DNA of 64,000 nt from an uncultured Pseudomonadales bacterium (GTDB lineage: Bacteria; Patescibacteriota; Microgenomatia; UBA1400; UBA12108), in contig CAZDRB010000001.1 of NCBI GenBank assembly GCA_964507925.1, positions 15,072 through 79,071 of the forward strand. The letters run 5' to 3'. Shown here in pieces: positions 17,190-26,340 of this stretch. Under the pieces are notes generated by a model. That model had not been told where the DNA came from and made no database searches. It saw only the letters and a list, made by a program, of their open reading frames with translations. Made by a program: the position numbers and the translations under genes. Position 1 is the first letter of the stretch, and each line of letters starts with the position of its first letter.

Positions 17190-18953
17190 ATGTCAAAGGC
17201 TATAGATTTATTTCACTCTGTTAGCATGCAGAGCCGCATGTCGCCTGAGAACAGCTCTGCGATAAAAACACTACAACAATCAGCAGAAGCTTTTGAGTTT
17301 GAAGGCAATTATTTCTCGGCTGGTTATACCTACTCAACAATAGTGATGTCTCTTATGGGGCGGCATGTGAACACATACCCATACATCAATAAAGCTGATG
17401 AGTGTTACGACAAGTGCCTATCAAATCCTCACAACCATGTGCTTGAAAAAATAGCATGTCTCAAAAAGAAAATTAACGTGTTATCCGAGTACTCATGGAT
17501 GTTTAGGCACACTGAAAAAGAAATGTTGGACATAAAAACTGAACAAACGAAATTAGCAAGTCAGATTGAGACAATAATATCGAAGGAGTTTTCGGGTACC
17601 CCAGATGCAGGTAAGTATCTTGTTCATGGATTCCAGATTAATACAAATCTGGATGGTAAATGGTGGCAAACTTTCACAAATTGGGAAACTGATGCTGACT
17701 CAGAGCAGTTTGGTGGAGGAACAATAACTATAAATATAGCCTCAGCGTTTACCCTTAGAGTTGCTCTGGTTGACTACGCCGGTGCAAACGAAATCGCAGA
17801 TAAATATCCTGATTTTTTTATATCACCCGGACTAAAAGGATGGAAGGAGGCCGTTAAAGGTTTTTGTTTTCCAGAACAGGCAGACTTCTACTTTGAAAAA
17901 GCATCAACAATTTTTAACAGTGATAATAAGCCGCCAGAGGTTTTGAGCAATCACGGAGGACACTGGTCATCAAAAAATTGGGAGTTGTGGGGCACTTATT
18001 TTCGGTCTAGAGCAGAACTAGCACTAGCACGTAAAGATAAAGTTCATGTTAGGGAACATATCTTTCGTGCTTCAGAGATAATTGGCAAAGAGACCTTACA
18101 TTGGATTGACGAAGGTGTATCGAGATATCGCATCCTGGTTAAAGCGCTTGCAATACTACTTTCAGATAACTCAGAAATTTCCTTGAGTGAAGTAAGAAAA
18201 ATGTTTGAGTACGAGACGTATTTAAGCCACGCTTCTCACTACGATCATTTAATCGACGAGTTTATCTCGGGTACCAATTATGCATTGGATAACTTTAGAA
18301 AACATCCAGAGAGAGAGTTTACAGAAGGTAATCTTGCAAGAGCACTTACCGCCTTTGACAAAATTCCGATTATGGACAGTGGTTTAGTTGATGCAATACG
18401 ACCTCGCCTAGAGGAGCGTGCCCATGATGCGATATTTGGAGTACACAAAACCTGGATAGCTCGTACACTCGAAACAATATCAGATGAAGATGTTTTGCGT
18501 AAAGTAGTTCTTAAGTTAGTTCAGGCTTCGTTGCCAATTTACGCACAAATTATCCACGGCCCAACTGAACTAGGTACTGACATAGTTGCACTAGTAAAAA
18601 TTGACGAAGTGCTAATACTTAAACAATATCAGGTGAAATGCGGCAACATTACTAAGGCGAAATGGCCTGGTATAAAAGAGCAGTTAGAGGAAATATTTGA
18701 TGTAAAAGATAGACCATCTCTACCAGAAAATAGTAAAAACGCAAAAAAAATAGGCATATTGATATACAACGGTCATCCTAACCCCATAACTTCTCCGGTA
18801 ATAAACAGTTGGTTTGAAGTACAAAAAACAGAAAGGGATAGGCAATATGAGCATATACATCTAGATGCTTTTGTTAATTGGATCATCGAAGATAAGCTAT
18901 TGACCGAGTTTAGACAGGTCCTAACACAGCTCAATGTCCCCATTACAGAGTAG
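17190..18953 (+). CDS. Hypothetical protein (587 aa), no recognisable domain (no Walker, HNH, HEPN or PLD motif seen)
   Basis: Long uninterrupted ORF with TATAAT at 17175, about 9 nt before the ATG. Largest cargo gene of the island. Confidence 0.6.
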   Translation: MSKAIDLFHSVSMQSRMSPENSSAIKTLQQSAEAFEFEGNYFSAGYTYSTIVMSLMGRHVNTYPYINKADECYDKCLSNPHNHVLEKIACLKKKINVLSEYSWMFRHTEKEMLDIKTEQTKLASQIETIISKEFSGTPDAGKYLVHGFQINTNLDGKWWQTFTNWETDADSEQFGGGTITINIASAFTLRVALVDYAGANEIADKYPDFFISPGLKGWKEAVKGFCFPEQADFYFEKASTIFNSDNKPPEVLSNHGGHWSSKNWELWGTYFRSRAELALARKDKVHVREHIFRASEIIGKETLHWIDEGVSRYRILVKALAILLSDNSEISLSEVRKMFEYETYLSHASHYDHLIDEFISGTNYALDNFRKHPEREFTEGNLARALTAFDKIPIMDSGLVDAIRPRLEERAHDAIFGVHKTWIARTLETISDEDVLRKVVLKLVQASLPIYAQIIHGPTELGTDIVALVKIDEVLILKQYQVKCGNITKAKWPGIKEQLEEIFDVKDRPSLPENSKNAKKIGILIYNGHPNPITSPVINSWFEVQKTERDRQYEHIHLDAFVNWIIEDKLLTEFRQVLTQLNVPITE

Positions 18954-19019
18954 GATCTCCTTAGATTTGTGTTCTATTAGACTCTACGTATACTATTAGA
19001 AAACAGGGAAATAACAGCG

Positions 19020-19304
19020 ATGGCAAAATCGAGCACCAGTTATCAATCAGGCCAAACAGGAAATCCTAAAGGCAGGCCTGCAAAGGGCTACTCAATAACA
19101 GAGATGTTTAGGAGTATGCTAGATAGCGACAGTGAGATGCGAGAAAAACTAGCTAAAGTGATCCTGCGAAAGGCATTAGATGGTGATATGGCTGCCTGTC
19201 GCCTTATCTGGTCATACATGGATGGGTTGCCGACAAACAAAATATCAATTACTGAACTCCCAAGACCACTCCCCCTTCTTGGCGGAGTCACATCTGAAAA
19301 CTAA
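19020..19304 (+). CDS. DUF5681-like phage/integrative-element protein
   Basis: N-terminal QSGQTGNPKGRPAKG matches the conserved SGNPxGRPKG signature of DUF5681 proteins from phages and integrative elements. Confidence 0.55.
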   Translation: MAKSSTSYQSGQTGNPKGRPAKGYSITEMFRSMLDSDSEMREKLAKVILRKALDGDMAACRLIWSYMDGLPTNKISITELPRPLPLLGGVTSEN

Positions 19305-19513
19305 TCACGGATTTTTCTGTTGTCTTTTTCTTGCTTAACACTATTACGACCATATAGGGTCAGAAATAGAACTGTACCAATACACGCCACAACTAAACCT
19401 AGAAATAGAAAAGAAAACACACTGAGTGCTAGATTGATCATGCTTACCTCCTTACCTGGATAATAACATAAATATATACCAGCAGTAAGTCGACCAAGAG
19501 TAAGGATTTTCAT
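19301..19513 (-). CDS. Small membrane protein (70 aa), hypothetical
   Basis: Single TM (LALSVFSFLFLGLVVACIGTVLFLTLY). Overlaps the DUF5681 stop by 4 nt. Confidence 0.35.
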   Translation of the reverse strand: MKILTLGRLTAGIYLCYYPGKEVSMINLALSVFSFLFLGLVVACIGTVLFLTLYGRNSVKQEKDNRKIRD

Positions 19514-19521
19514 AACCTTAA

Positions 19522-19737
19522 GTGGTTATGAGTAAATCAATATATCTTCAAGTCGGTAAGCGGATACAAGAGCTACGTCGAAAGAAGGGTGTGACTCAAG
19601 AAAAGCTCGCATTAGATGCTGGTTTGAACCGCGCCTACATAGGCTACATCGAGCGAGGAGAACGTAGTCCCTCGGTACTCACTCTCTTTAGGATAGCCAG
19701 ATCACTCAAAATTAAACTTTACGAGCTATTTATCTAA
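19522..19737 (+). CDS. XRE-family helix-turn-helix transcriptional regulator (Cro/CI-type)
   Basis: QELRRKKGVTQEKLALDAGLNRAYIGYIERGERSPSVLTLFRIARSL is a textbook HTH_3/XRE fold. Confidence 0.8.
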   Translation: MVMSKSIYLQVGKRIQELRRKKGVTQEKLALDAGLNRAYIGYIERGERSPSVLTLFRIARSLKIKLYELFI

Positions 19738-19813
19738 AAACTTGACTCTGATTAAATTTTTCTGTTAGCCTGGATGTAAGTTAATCATTATTGGTACCAA
19801 ACTCCCTACGTGG

Positions 19814-19866
19814 AACGGTGCTTTCAACTTTTCGCTAGATAGCGAGATCTTGAGGCACCGTTTTTT
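19814..19866 (+). terminator. Compound hairpin (AACGGTGC ... GCACCGTT with inner TCGCTA-gat-AGCGA) followed by a T-run
   Basis: Read directly. Lies between the XRE gene and the recombinase gene. Could be a terminator or a recombinase regulatory element. Confidence 0.35.
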
Positions 19867-20052
19867 GTTGTATGACAATAAAACAAGCAAGAAAAATACT
19901 TGGAAAAATGGCAGACGGGATAGCTGATGAGGTTATCCAAGCCGACATTGAAGTGGCTGAGTTTTTTACATCCATTTTTTTCGATCACATACGTTACGGT
20001 GGACACGATGGGGTGGTGCATCCACAACAAACGTGCCATAATTAGGCACTAT

Positions 20053-21582
20053 ATGACACGTAGAGCTGTTATTTACATACGGGTATCCGATCAGTCACAA
20101 ATCGAAAACAATAGCCTAGAAAGCCAGCTGAAGACTTGTGACGCATTTGCGAAGCAGAGTGGTTACGAAGTCATCAAGATATATCGTGAAGAGGGTAAAT
20201 CTGCCAAGGAGGTTTTTACAAGAGAGAAACTCAAAGAGTTAATGTCGTTTTGTTTGGTAAAAGCAAATCACATAGATGCGATGATCGTATACAAATACGA
20301 TCGATTCAGTCGAAACTCTGCCGATGGCCAAGCAGCGATTGCACTATTGGCTAAGGCTGGTGTGGATGTGATATCTGCCACCGAGGGAGCAGAAGATAAT
20401 CCAAGTGGAAGAGCCATGCGTACGATTTTACTAGCTTTAGCACAGCTAGATAACGAGATAAAGGGCGAGCGAGTACATGACAATATGCAGGCCGTCTTTC
20501 GAAAAGGGTTCTGGCCATTTAAATGCCCAGTCGGATACAAGAGATTTTCAAGAAACAAAGAGGAAAACATGGGGATTCCTCCTTTAGTTGATAAGCACTT
20601 GGGACCCATTGTGACAGAGATGTTCAAGAACGCCGCAAGCGGTATCTACTCTAAGGAACAACTAGCCAGGATGATGAACAGCCAAGGTTTTGGTGACCAT
20701 TATCGTGCCAAATCTACACACAAGATTGTCGATAGCATTTTACGCAAGACTTTTTACTATGGTGAGATGTATGGACCAAAGTGGAAGGAACGGGTATGGG
20801 GTAAGCATGAGCCATTAACCGATAAAGAAACTTGGGAGTTAGCATACAACAGAGTCATATTAAAAAAGAAAAACTATGTCTACCAGGACGAAGCAAAATA
20901 TCCCCTTAAAGGGCATCTACGTTGTAGTGAGTGTGGTGCGCCGCTCACCACGTCACCATCTACTGGACGTAGTAAAAAGTACTACTACTATGAGTGTCGC
21001 AGCAAGTCATGCAAAAAGATCAGGACGCTTGCTGACGACGCGCATAAGCAGTTTGAGTTGATATTAGAACAAATCAAGCCTTCCCCTAGAGTACTACGCC
21101 TTTTCGATAGCACTGTCTTTTCTACATGGGATAAGGAAATCGCTCGCTCCGAAGCGTCACTCGAAAAAGCAGATCAACACCTTTTGACGCTCAAAAATGA
21201 CATTACAAATATACGTAAGTCTGTAGATAATGGACTATTAACGATGGAGGAGGGAAAAGAACAGATTGAGATAGTTAGGCAAAACATCGCCGTTGCTGAG
21301 ATTGAGAAGGCAGATATTAAGTGTAGTCATTATGATAAGGAAGTTGTGAGAAACTTTACTCGCTCATTTTTAGAAAATATTGATGGACTATGGCGAGACA
21401 TGAACTTATCAAAGAAGCAGGCTTTTCTCGCTCTCATTTTTCCAAACGGCATCTTATGTGATAACAACCGAAAAATCCGAACCGATCAATTGTCCCCATC
21501 CTTCGAGCTAATTGTGGCTCTTAGTGAGCAAAAAGGTGAAAATGTGACCCCACAGGGAATCGAACCCTGGTTAGCAGAATGA
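20053..21582 (+). CDS. Large serine recombinase (resolvase-type catalytic domain + recombinase domain + zinc ribbon)
   Basis: AVIYIRVSDQSQ (catalytic Ser region), YKYDRFSRN, recombinase domain, CSECGAPL ... YECRSKSC zinc ribbon, C-terminal coiled coil. Start at MTRRAVIYIRVSD (ATG 20053). The last 38 nt overlap tRNA-Glu on the opposite strand. Confidence 0.85.
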   Translation: MTRRAVIYIRVSDQSQIENNSLESQLKTCDAFAKQSGYEVIKIYREEGKSAKEVFTREKLKELMSFCLVKANHIDAMIVYKYDRFSRNSADGQAAIALLAKAGVDVISATEGAEDNPSGRAMRTILLALAQLDNEIKGERVHDNMQAVFRKGFWPFKCPVGYKRFSRNKEENMGIPPLVDKHLGPIVTEMFKNAASGIYSKEQLARMMNSQGFGDHYRAKSTHKIVDSILRKTFYYGEMYGPKWKERVWGKHEPLTDKETWELAYNRVILKKKNYVYQDEAKYPLKGHLRCSECGAPLTTSPSTGRSKKYYYYECRSKSCKKIRTLADDAHKQFELILEQIKPSPRVLRLFDSTVFSTWDKEIARSEASLEKADQHLLTLKNDITNIRKSVDNGLLTMEEGKEQIEIVRQNIAVAEIEKADIKCSHYDKEVVRNFTRSFLENIDGLWRDMNLSKKQAFLALIFPNGILCDNNRKIRTDQLSPSFELIVALSEQKGENVTPQGIEPWLAE

Positions 21583-21616
21583 GAATCTGCTGTCCTAGCC
21601 ACTAGACGATGGGGCC
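21545..21616 (-). tRNA. tRNA-Glu (anticodon CUC)
   Basis: Hand-folded: acceptor GGCCCCA/TGGGGTC, D-arm GTCT-AGTGGCTAG-GGAC, anticodon stem GCAGA/TCTGC with loop TTCTCAT (U33, CUC, A37), T-arm CAGGG-TTCGATT-CCCTG, discriminator A. No encoded CCA. Confidence 0.85.
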
Positions 21617-21680
21617 CCGTAGAACGGGGTAAACCGCTCTTATTGAATTATACCAGATGAGAGTGTGATAATATCGAAGA

Positions 21681-22049
21681 GTGAAGCTTAACAAACTGAC
21701 CCCAGAAGAAGAATATGTAATCGAGAGCAAAGGGACGGAGAGGCCATTTAGCGGTGAATACGACGATTTTTATAAACCCGGGATATATGTTTGCCGCAAA
21801 TGTGACAATCCTCTGTTTTCCTCAAAGGCCAAGTTTGACGCGGGATGCGGCTGGCCGGCATTTGACGAGCATTTCCCCGGTGCGGTCAAGGAGATTCTGG
21901 ATGCAGACGGGATTCGGGTCGAGATACAGTGCCAGAAATGTGGCGGACATCTAGGGCACGTGTTTAGGGGTGAGCAAATGACAAAAAATAATACTCGGCA
22001 CTGTGTCAATTCTTTGTCGATTAAGTTTGTGGAGGATCAGCATGAGTGA
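21681..22049 (+). CDS. msrB: Peptide methionine sulfoxide reductase MsrB
   Basis: CxxC ... CxxC zinc site (CRKCDNPLF, CQKCGGHLGHVF) and catalytic RHCVNS. 122 aa. Confidence 0.9.
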   Translation: MKLNKLTPEEEYVIESKGTERPFSGEYDDFYKPGIYVCRKCDNPLFSSKAKFDAGCGWPAFDEHFPGAVKEILDADGIRVEIQCQKCGGHLGHVFRGEQMTKNNTRHCVNSLSIKFVEDQHE

Positions 22050-22563
22050 GCTCGCTACAATTGCCGGAGGATGTTTCTGGTGCACGGAGGCAATCTTCCG
22101 TCGACTCAAAGGCGTGACAAAAGTAACCTCGGGATACACAGGAGGGAGTGTTGAGAACCCGAGCTACGAACAAGTATGCACGGGTAGGACAGGTCATGCG
22201 GAAGCCGTACAGTTAGAATTTGAACCAAGTCAGATCAGCTACAAGACTCTCCTTGAAGTATTTTTTGCGCTCCATGATCCCACGACGCTTAATCAGCAGG
22301 GGGCAGATCACGGGACGCAGTACCGCTCGGCAATTTTTTATCATAGCGAGGAACAAAGAAAGGTCGCGGTGGCTGCAAAAAGCGAGATTAAAGGAGCCGT
22401 GACGGAGATCGTTAAATACGAAAAATTTTTTCCTGCTACCATCGATCATCAACAGTACTACGAGATCAATGCGAGCGCTCCCTACTGCAGTTATGTGATA
22501 GCTCCTAAGATCGAGAAATTACTTGAGAAATACGGTGAGCTAGTGAAACCTGGGTATAATTAA
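22042..22563 (+). CDS. msrA: Peptide methionine sulfoxide reductase MsrA
   Basis: ATIAGGCFWCTEAIF (GCFWC active site). Start at MSELATIAGG (ATG 22042), overlapping the msrB stop as ATGAGTGA. Confidence 0.9.
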   Translation: MSELATIAGGCFWCTEAIFRRLKGVTKVTSGYTGGSVENPSYEQVCTGRTGHAEAVQLEFEPSQISYKTLLEVFFALHDPTTLNQQGADHGTQYRSAIFYHSEEQRKVAVAAKSEIKGAVTEIVKYEKFFPATIDHQQYYEINASAPYCSYVIAPKIEKLLEKYGELVKPGYN

Positions 22564-22564
22564 G

Positions 22565-24139
22565 TTATCCAAAAGTAAAAGCGAATAGCTCGACATTGCC
22601 ATCCGGGAAAACTAATTTGAGGACGTGCCTGCCCGGATTTTCGAGTTTAACCAGGGTATAAATTGTGTCTTGATCAACGAGGATTTCGCCCCGATATTCT
22701 CCATCCAGGTGTACCTCTACTTTTACGGGCGAAGATGCCGGGCGCATGACGATAAAGGCGTCTTTGGCTTCGTATTCGAGTGTTAGGGTCGCACCAGACG
22801 CAGGGAGTGCAAATTCCTTGCTAATTTTCCAATCACCCGTTTTTGTGATAGGAGCTCCTGGATCTAGACGCGAGGCGCCAAGATAGAGCTCGGGAGTGCG
22901 AGAGTAGATCTCATAGTCTTGATTGTTAATATCACTCTCTGGCTTTGCCCCGACTTCTTCAAGTAATTTTTGGATCATTTTCTCTGTCTCGTCGTAGTCG
23001 CCCTCGCCAAAATGAGTGTAGCGAACACGCCCCTCATGGTCGATTAAGTACTTGGCTGGCCAGTAGCGGTTAGAGTAAGCTCTCCAGGTCGCAAAGTCAT
23101 TGTCCTGCATCACGGGATAGAGGATGCCAAAATCTGCAACAGCCTTTTTGACGTTGGTGTGATCTTTTTCAAACTCAAACTCGGGAGAGTGTACGCCGAT
23201 CAAAACGAGTCCGTCATCCTGGTATTTTTCGTACCAAGACTTGAGATAAGGAAGAGTACGTATGCAGTTGATACAGGTATAAGTCCAGAAATCGATTAGG
23301 ACTACTTTGCCTCTAAGCTCACTTAATTTGAGTGGTTCGGAGTTGATCCACTCTCCGCCCTGAACTAGCTCTGGAGCGATTTTGAGGTCCGCCATTTCGC
23401 CTAGATTCTTTTTGACTAGCTCATTATCTTCTATTTTAGTCAGACCAGCTCCGTACTGAGGGAACTTGTCGAGAATGTAAGTCTGGAACTGACGGTCATA
23501 GCCATAGTGGATGAGGAGTGCGGTCAAGATCATGACAACGCCAAACCCGCGCTGAATCCTCGCAGTATTATTGAGAAGCCATGGCACGCGAGCGAGGGAG
23601 CGCCCTCCACCGATAATAATAAGATACATGGGGATCGCAGTGCCGAGCGAGAACGCAAGCGTAATGATGAGCGCGTCGAGCGTGACTTGCCCGGATATTG
23701 CGAGACTAATGACAGAAGCTAGGATCGGGCCTACGCACGGCGTCCAAAGCAGGCCAAGCGAGAGTCCGATCAGTATCCCACCACCAAAGCCTGATCTCCC
23801 TGGTGAGCTAGGGGCAAAGTTCGCAAGACGAGAAAAAAGTGATTCGAGTAGCTTTTGGAACCAGGGAATTAGGAGCGAGAGCCCAAAACCAGCAATCACT
23901 ATGACCGAGATAGTGCGAAGTGCGTCTGCAGGTACTCCAAAAAGCTTGACTAGTGAAGAGAGAAATAGAGTAAAAAAAGTAAAGCTCAAGATAAAGCCAA
24001 CAACAATCCCGTATGAACGACGACGACTGGCCGAGTCCCCAACTGAAGAAGCTAAGATTACTGGCAAGATCGGTAAGATACAGGGAGAGAGGATCGTGAT
24101 TACTCCGGCGAGAAAGGAAAAAAGAATCAAAATTAACAT
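22565..24139 (-). CDS. CcdA/DsbD-type transmembrane thiol-disulfide transporter fused to a periplasmic TlpA/ResA-like thioredoxin domain
   Basis: N-terminal LSPCILPILPV and LWTPCVGPILA (the two conserved CcdA cysteines). Middle VLIDFWTYTCINCIRTLP (CxxC thioredoxin fold). 524 aa. Confidence 0.75.
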   Translation of the reverse strand: MLILILFSFLAGVITILSPCILPILPVILASSVGDSASRRRSYGIVVGFILSFTFFTLFLSSLVKLFGVPADALRTISVIVIAGFGLSLLIPWFQKLLESLFSRLANFAPSSPGRSGFGGGILIGLSLGLLWTPCVGPILASVISLAISGQVTLDALIITLAFSLGTAIPMYLIIIGGGRSLARVPWLLNNTARIQRGFGVVMILTALLIHYGYDRQFQTYILDKFPQYGAGLTKIEDNELVKKNLGEMADLKIAPELVQGGEWINSEPLKLSELRGKVVLIDFWTYTCINCIRTLPYLKSWYEKYQDDGLVLIGVHSPEFEFEKDHTNVKKAVADFGILYPVMQDNDFATWRAYSNRYWPAKYLIDHEGRVRYTHFGEGDYDETEKMIQKLLEEVGAKPESDINNQDYEIYSRTPELYLGASRLDPGAPITKTGDWKISKEFALPASGATLTLEYEAKDAFIVMRPASSPVKVEVHLDGEYRGEILVDQDTIYTLVKLENPGRHVLKLVFPDGNVELFAFTFG

Positions 24140-24140
24140 G

Positions 24141-24584
24141 TTATATTAAGTTCTCGAGAAGCTCGGTTAGTCCGCCACCGTTCCACTTGGTGATAACATT
24201 ACCGCCTTCATCGACCTGGACAAAGGTATGTTGGTAGGTAATTTCATATTTTTTGGCGAGTTCTTTTTCTTGATCGTCGGTTTCGGGATCGTTGTAGTTG
24301 ACCCTAAAAATCACCACATCACCGGGTACTTTTGAAGAATTTTCTGACAAAAGCTTGTCTACGGGGCGGCAGGTTGGACACCAAGACGCGTAGAAGAATA
24401 AGACTCGCCGAGATGATGCGGTAGTAGCAAAATCCTGATCTGTAAATGGGAGATATCTTGAGGGGGATGGGGTATCTGCGGGTGTAGTGGTCTCGGTCAT
24501 GACTGGCTGAGGCGAACTTGAAGAGTTGTTGTAGGCGTAGACACCAAAAACAATAAGCAAGACTACAATTATTATTTTTAGCAT
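24141..24584 (-). CDS. Membrane-anchored thioredoxin
   Basis: N-terminal TM, then VLFFYASWCPTCRPV (WCxxC). 147 aa. Confidence 0.75.
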   Translation of the reverse strand: MLKIIIVVLLIVFGVYAYNNSSSSPQPVMTETTTPADTPSPSRYLPFTDQDFATTASSRRVLFFYASWCPTCRPVDKLLSENSSKVPGDVVIFRVNYNDPETDDQEKELAKKYEITYQHTFVQVDEGGNVITKWNGGGLTELLENLI

Positions 24585-24602
24585 ACTTTGATCCTAGCAT
24601 AA

Positions 24603-24896
24603 CTAGCTAATGGTCGCGCCGACAAAGTCGATTAGAGGCAGTTTTTGACGAACCTCGTTCCAAAATTTCTCCGAGAGTTTTTGGGAGTAGCTAGCATTCT
24701 TTCCGCGCTCCATTCGCCCGCAGAGCTTACGATCCCAGTCTTCGATGATTTTCCTTATAGCAATCCCCTTTTCGTTAAACACGACCTGATTGGCTTTTTT
24801 GTTTGCCTGGTATAGATCGTGGATAAACTGAAACTCAGCAAACAAGCTCTGGTTTTCCGCAATCATTTTTTGATAATACTCTTTGTATTTGACCAT
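24603..24896 (-). CDS. Hypothetical protein (~98 aa)
   Basis: ORF starting MVKYKEYYQKMIAENQ (ATG 24896). The longer track ORF overlaps the upstream antiporter gene. Confidence 0.4.
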   Translation of the reverse strand: MVKYKEYYQKMIAENQSLFAEFQFIHDLYQANKKANQVVFNEKGIAIRKIIEDWDRKLCGRMERGKNASYSQKLSEKFWNEVRQKLPLIDFVGATIS

Positions 24897-24897
24897 T

Positions 24898-25848
24898 CTA
24901 AGCTTGTACAACCTCGATAATAATAAAGACGATGTATAAAAGAAGGAGCACATAGGCCTCTTTTCGTGAGAGTGAAGAGCGAGAGCGAATAAAAATATAA
25001 AACAGCACCAGGCTCGTCAGTAGGATCGCAAACCTAACCATCGTGTGATTAGGTAGCGAAATTGAAGATTGATTATAAATAACTAATGCTCCGATTATGA
25101 GTGAGTTGGCTGAGGCCGAGCCCAGGTAATCGGCGAGAGCTATATCTGTCTTTTTGCTAAGTACTGTTCGGGCGACCAGGGATAACTCTGGAATATTTGT
25201 TCCTATCGAGACTATGATGAGGCCGACGATAAACTGTGACCACCCGAGAGCGAGTGCAAAGTATTCGGCAGAGGCTACAATGCCTCTTGCCGAGGCAAAA
25301 ATTATTACAACTCCGGCAAAAATTTTTAAGATCCGATGCTGTGATTTTTTATGTGCGTGATAAGTATCTTTAATTTTTTCAAAGAAGCTTTCTGTTTGAG
25401 AAAGAAATAGAAAAAGCACAAGATACAATATGATCAAAAAGATTCCTTCAACAAGGCTTAAAATGCGGTCAGCGATCATCACGGTCGGAGCAAGTATTGT
25501 AATGAGAGAGAAGATAAGTTCTTTGCGGTGCAAAACTTTGGGGAGCACTACTTTACCGCCAAAAACTGCGAGAAGTGGAATAACCAGTAAAAAGAGAACG
25601 AGGCTAGCCCCGATCAGACTACCCACCATAATTTCGGAGTCTCCTTGTGTGACTGCAGTAACTCCGATCATAAGCTCGGGGAGGGAAGTCATCAGACCCA
25701 GAATAAAGAAGGAGATCGTGAAAGCTGAGATTTTTAGAGACCGAGCGAGAGAGCTTATCGAGGTTACAACGAGACCTGTCCCAAACCAGATGGATAGCGA
25801 GCAGGCAAGAAATAGCGTGATATTAAAGAGAGCGATCTGGGGCAGCAT
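24898..25848 (-). CDS. Ca2+/Na+ antiporter, CaCA family (YrbG-like)
   Basis: Two alpha-repeats: GLMTSLPELMIGV and IGTNIPELSLV. 316 aa polytopic. Confidence 0.8.
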   Translation of the reverse strand: MLPQIALFNITLFLACSLSIWFGTGLVVTSISSLARSLKISAFTISFFILGLMTSLPELMIGVTAVTQGDSEIMVGSLIGASLVLFLLVIPLLAVFGGKVVLPKVLHRKELIFSLITILAPTVMIADRILSLVEGIFLIILYLVLFLFLSQTESFFEKIKDTYHAHKKSQHRILKIFAGVVIIFASARGIVASAEYFALALGWSQFIVGLIIVSIGTNIPELSLVARTVLSKKTDIALADYLGSASANSLIIGALVIYNQSSISLPNHTMVRFAILLTSLVLFYIFIRSRSSLSRKEAYVLLLLYIVFIIIEVVQA

Positions 25849-25854
25849 AGTAAT

Positions 25855-26295
25855 TTAGCTTAGTTTTTTGCCAAGCGCCATCATCGCCATACCTTGTACC
25901 AAGTCAAAGATGGCGGCGAGAACCAGGACGACTACCCAAGAGCTAATTCCGAGTCCGAGGTTTTCGGCAAAGCGCGAGATCGCCCAGAGAGCGACAAAGT
26001 TAACGACCAAGTAGAGGAGCATCCAATCCTTGGGTTTCAAGGTCACTTTGTTTTTCCATTCGTAATAGCTAACTAGGGGCATGACGGCAGTGCCAATGAG
26101 TGTAAAGGCAAGAACGCTATGGTACATCGCCCACCAGTGAGAAATTGAGCTTGTACCAAGAACTACATTCATGGGAGCAAACATGTTGGCAAGGTGAAGG
26201 ACGAGGTAATTGACCAAAAATAGTGTTGAAAACGAACAAATTAGATGTATACCGGTTTTTGCTTGGATTTTTTCTTTTGAGAGGGCGATCGCCAT
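25855..26295 (-). CDS. Hypothetical 4-TM membrane protein
   Basis: 146 aa, four hydrophobic helices, no recognisable motif. Confidence 0.4.
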   Translation of the reverse strand: MAIALSKEKIQAKTGIHLICSFSTLFLVNYLVLHLANMFAPMNVVLGTSSISHWWAMYHSVLAFTLIGTAVMPLVSYYEWKNKVTLKPKDWMLLYLVVNFVALWAISRFAENLGLGISSWVVVLVLAAIFDLVQGMAMMALGKKLS

Positions 26296-26340
26296 ATGTT
26301 AATCTCCGCTAAATAAATAGTAGATTAACTATAGCAGAAA

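Larger units (their letters stand above)
13375..21616. mobile_element. Putative genomic island / integrative element inserted next to tRNA-Glu, AT-richer than its flanks
   Basis: Serine recombinase gene ends inside tRNA-Glu; XRE regulator and DUF5681 phage-type protein sit adjacent. The block from ung to the tRNA holds only uncharacterised genes, and its composition is visibly AT-richer than the flanks by eye. Confidence 0.5.
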
